DNA of 62,811 nucleotides, counting the filler, from Nitrospinota bacterium (GTDB lineage: Bacteria; JAUXIQ01): assembly GCA_030620925.1 (NCBI GenBank). It is 11 parts of 11 records of this genome, joined end to end, with 100 filler letters (N's around TTAATTAATTAA, not from the genome) between each part and the next. Parts side by side here need not be neighbours in the genome. Positions count along the whole stretch, not along the records: positions 55,930 to 62,811 come from JAUXIQ010000106.1; 10 more parts are not named here. The stretch is one strand, 5' to 3'. Every line of letters starts with the position of its first letter. The stretch's first letter is position 1. The position numbers and the translations under genes are program-made. The notes below the pieces were generated by a model. The model did not search any database. It was not told where the DNA came from and was given only the letters and a program-made list of their open reading frames with translations. Positions 61,008 to 62,811 of this stretch are shown here, piece by piece.

Positions 61008-62222
61008 ATGAAAGCTGTAATTTTAACCGGCGGTAGAGCCAGCAAACTGGACCCGTTTACGGCCACCAGGCCGGCGGTGATGATAAACTTCAGCGGCAGA
61101 TACATTCTGGAAAATATTGTAGAACAACTGCGGGCGGCGGGTATCGTGGACATAGTGCTGGTGGTGGGTCATGAGCGTGATAAAGTAATGGACCATTTTA
61201 AAGGGGGGGCGGAGCAAGGGGTTAACATTACATACGCCATCCAGGACGAGCCGGTGGGAATAGGCGATGCTGTCCTGCACATGAAAGAAAAAGTCTTGCG
61301 CGGCGAATACTTCATGCTGGTTTACGGCGATACGGTTACCTCTTCAAATATATACAACAGTACCATCAACTCTTTCAATTCCTTCAGGCTCCCCATAGCC
61401 TCCGTCTGCCTCACGCCTGCCACCGAGCAATATGGCAACATTTTCATGGACCAGGAGATGAATATCCTCCGGATAATCGAGAAACCACAGGAGGAGGGAC
61501 TCGGCAATTACGTCCTGGCCGGAGCGTTCATACTGCCCAGCGTTTACTTCGACCTGCTGGAAAAGAATGGCTGCATTATGGAGAAAGCCCTGGAAGCCCT
61601 CATCGAGGACCAGGGGTTGAAAGCTTCCATCTGGGAGGAAGACTGGGTGGATGTAGGCTATCCCTGGGATATTCTGCGGGGCAACAAAATGATTATGGAT
61701 TCCTGGGAGCACGCTTTCATTTCCAAGAAGGCCCAGCTCATGGGCGATGTGAGTATACAGGGTTCCGTGGTCATAGCAGATGACGTAACGGTGGAAAAGG
61801 GCACCCTCATCAAGGGCCCCTGCAGCATCGGACCCGGCTCTTTTATCGGTCATAACGCTTTGATCAGGGAATATACCTCCATAGGGGCAAACTCGGAGAT
61901 CGGATTTGGAGTGGAGCTTAAGAATTGCGTCCTTTTTGGCCGATCTAAAGTAGGGAGGCTCTCCTTCGTGGGAGACAGCGTGATCGGCGAAGGGGTATAC
62001 ATCGGTTCGGGGACCATGACCGTAAACGGGCGCCTGGACGGGGGCACCATAAGCGTAAAAACCAACGGGATAGATATGGATACCGGCCTGCATAAAATCG
62101 GGTCTTTCATAGGCGACGGGGCAATGGTGGGATCGGGAAACACCCTGGCCGCGGGCTGCGTGATTCAGCCTGAGGAGCGCATTCCCCACCACTTTACTTT
62201 CCCTAAACAGGGAGAACTGTAA
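61008..62222 (+). CDS. Archaeal-type GlmU-like nucleotidyltransferase/acetyltransferase-fold protein, divergent
   Basis: MKAVIL, YGD, IEKP, WVDVGYPWDIL, GVELKNC, VGDSVIG, TGLHKIG..IGD. Confidence 0.85.
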   Translation: MKAVILTGGRASKLDPFTATRPAVMINFSGRYILENIVEQLRAAGIVDIVLVVGHERDKVMDHFKGGAEQGVNITYAIQDEPVGIGDAVLHMKEKVLRGEYFMLVYGDTVTSSNIYNSTINSFNSFRLPIASVCLTPATEQYGNIFMDQEMNILRIIEKPQEEGLGNYVLAGAFILPSVYFDLLEKNGCIMEKALEALIEDQGLKASIWEEDWVDVGYPWDILRGNKMIMDSWEHAFISKKAQLMGDVSIQGSVVIADDVTVEKGTLIKGPCSIGPGSFIGHNALIREYTSIGANSEIGFGVELKNCVLFGRSKVGRLSFVGDSVIGEGVYIGSGTMTVNGRLDGGTISVKTNGIDMDTGLHKIGSFIGDGAMVGSGNTLAAGCVIQPEERIPHHFTFPKQGEL

Positions 62223-62224
62223 AA

Positions 62225-62811
62225 TTGTGTGGAATTATCGGTATCGCAAGCTTTCATAATGTCGCCCATCAACTGGTCAGCGGCCTCAAGAACCTCCAAT
62301 ATCGGGGTTACGATTCGTGCGGTGTGGCGGTTATTAACGACCTGGAAATAGACGTGCGGAAAAACATCGGGACCATTGAAGAGGTTGAAATCAAGGAGAG
62401 GCTATCCGAACCTCCGGGCAGCGCGGGGATCGGCCACACGCGATGGGCCACCCACGGGCAGGTGGCCAAGGAGAATTCCCATCCCCATACCAGCGCTAAA
62501 AAAGATTTCGCAGTGGTGCACAACGGCATCATCTCCAATTATACCGAGCTTAAGGAAGGACTGGAAAAGGAAGGCTACAAGTTCGTTTCTCAAACTGATT
62601 CCGAAGTATTAGCCCATCTCATGGAGAAAAACTACTCGCTCACCGGCAGCGTCGAGGATGCTTTCCTTCAGACTCTCCACTCCCTGGAGGGAGCATACGC
62701 CGCCGCCGCGGTCTCCATCTATGAACCCCATAAAATTTTCTGCGCCAAGATGGAAAGCCCTCTCATACTGGGTATAGGCCAGCGGGCTAACTACGTGGGT
62801 TCAGACTTCAG
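62225..62811 (+). CDS. glmS: Glutamine-fructose-6-phosphate aminotransferase (3'-truncated; not in the ORF track)
   Basis: TTG start then CGIIG; YRGYDSCG, GIGHTRWATHG, NSHPH, VHNGII, SQTDSEV. Confidence 0.96.
   Translation, partial: MCGIIGIASFHNVAHQLVSGLKNLQYRGYDSCGVAVINDLEIDVRKNIGTIEEVEIKERLSEPPGSAGIGHTRWATHGQVAKENSHPHTSAKKDFAVVHNGIISNYTELKEGLEKEGYKFVSQTDSEVLAHLMEKNYSLTGSVEDAFLQTLHSLEGAYAAAAVSIYEPHKIFCAKMESPLILGIGQRANYVGSDF

Noticed and set aside
1-62811. Selenocysteine or pyrrolysine read-through, tRNA/rRNA, CRISPR, transposases, prophage, defence systems
   Set aside because: I saw no in-frame stop interrupting a conserved domain and no recognisable motifs or arrays; this was a manual scan only.

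Overview
This is not one continuous locus. It is 11 short contigs (about 2.6-10.9 kb) from a draft or metagenome-assembled bacterial genome, joined by ten artificial 100-nt spacers (N-TTAATTAATTAA-N), so adjacency is only meaningful within a contig. The gene content suggests an anaerobic or microaerobic Gram-negative organism (deltaproteobacterial or Nitrospinota/Tectomicrobia-like; taxonomy is a guess). It carries housekeeping genes (rng, cpoB, dprA, topA, an addA-like helicase-nuclease, trkAH, ntrC-like, metH, glmU, glmS) and many acyl-CoA enzymes: two acyl-CoA ligases, three family-III CoA-transferase-fold proteins (one racemase-like), a MaoC pair and two B12 acyl-CoA mutase large subunits. 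There is also a 12-heme cytochrome, an RND pump and several transporters. I found no rRNA, tRNA, CRISPR array or transposase. The most notable observations are: (1) two mutase + CoA-transferase modules whose mutase pockets depart from the characterised acyl-CoA mutases; (2) a truncated bacterial GlmU next to an archaeal-type GlmU with degenerate active sites, upstream of glmS; (3) a B12-radical SAM gene broken by a -1 frameshift at an A_AAG_GGC heptamer; (4) a structured leader upstream of an NCS2 purine permease; (5) nested REP-like mini-repeats; (6) a GT4 + phosphatase pair whose GT is present as two ~96% identical copies; (7) an M20 pseudo-peptidase. All functional calls come from motif recognition by eye; no database searches were run.
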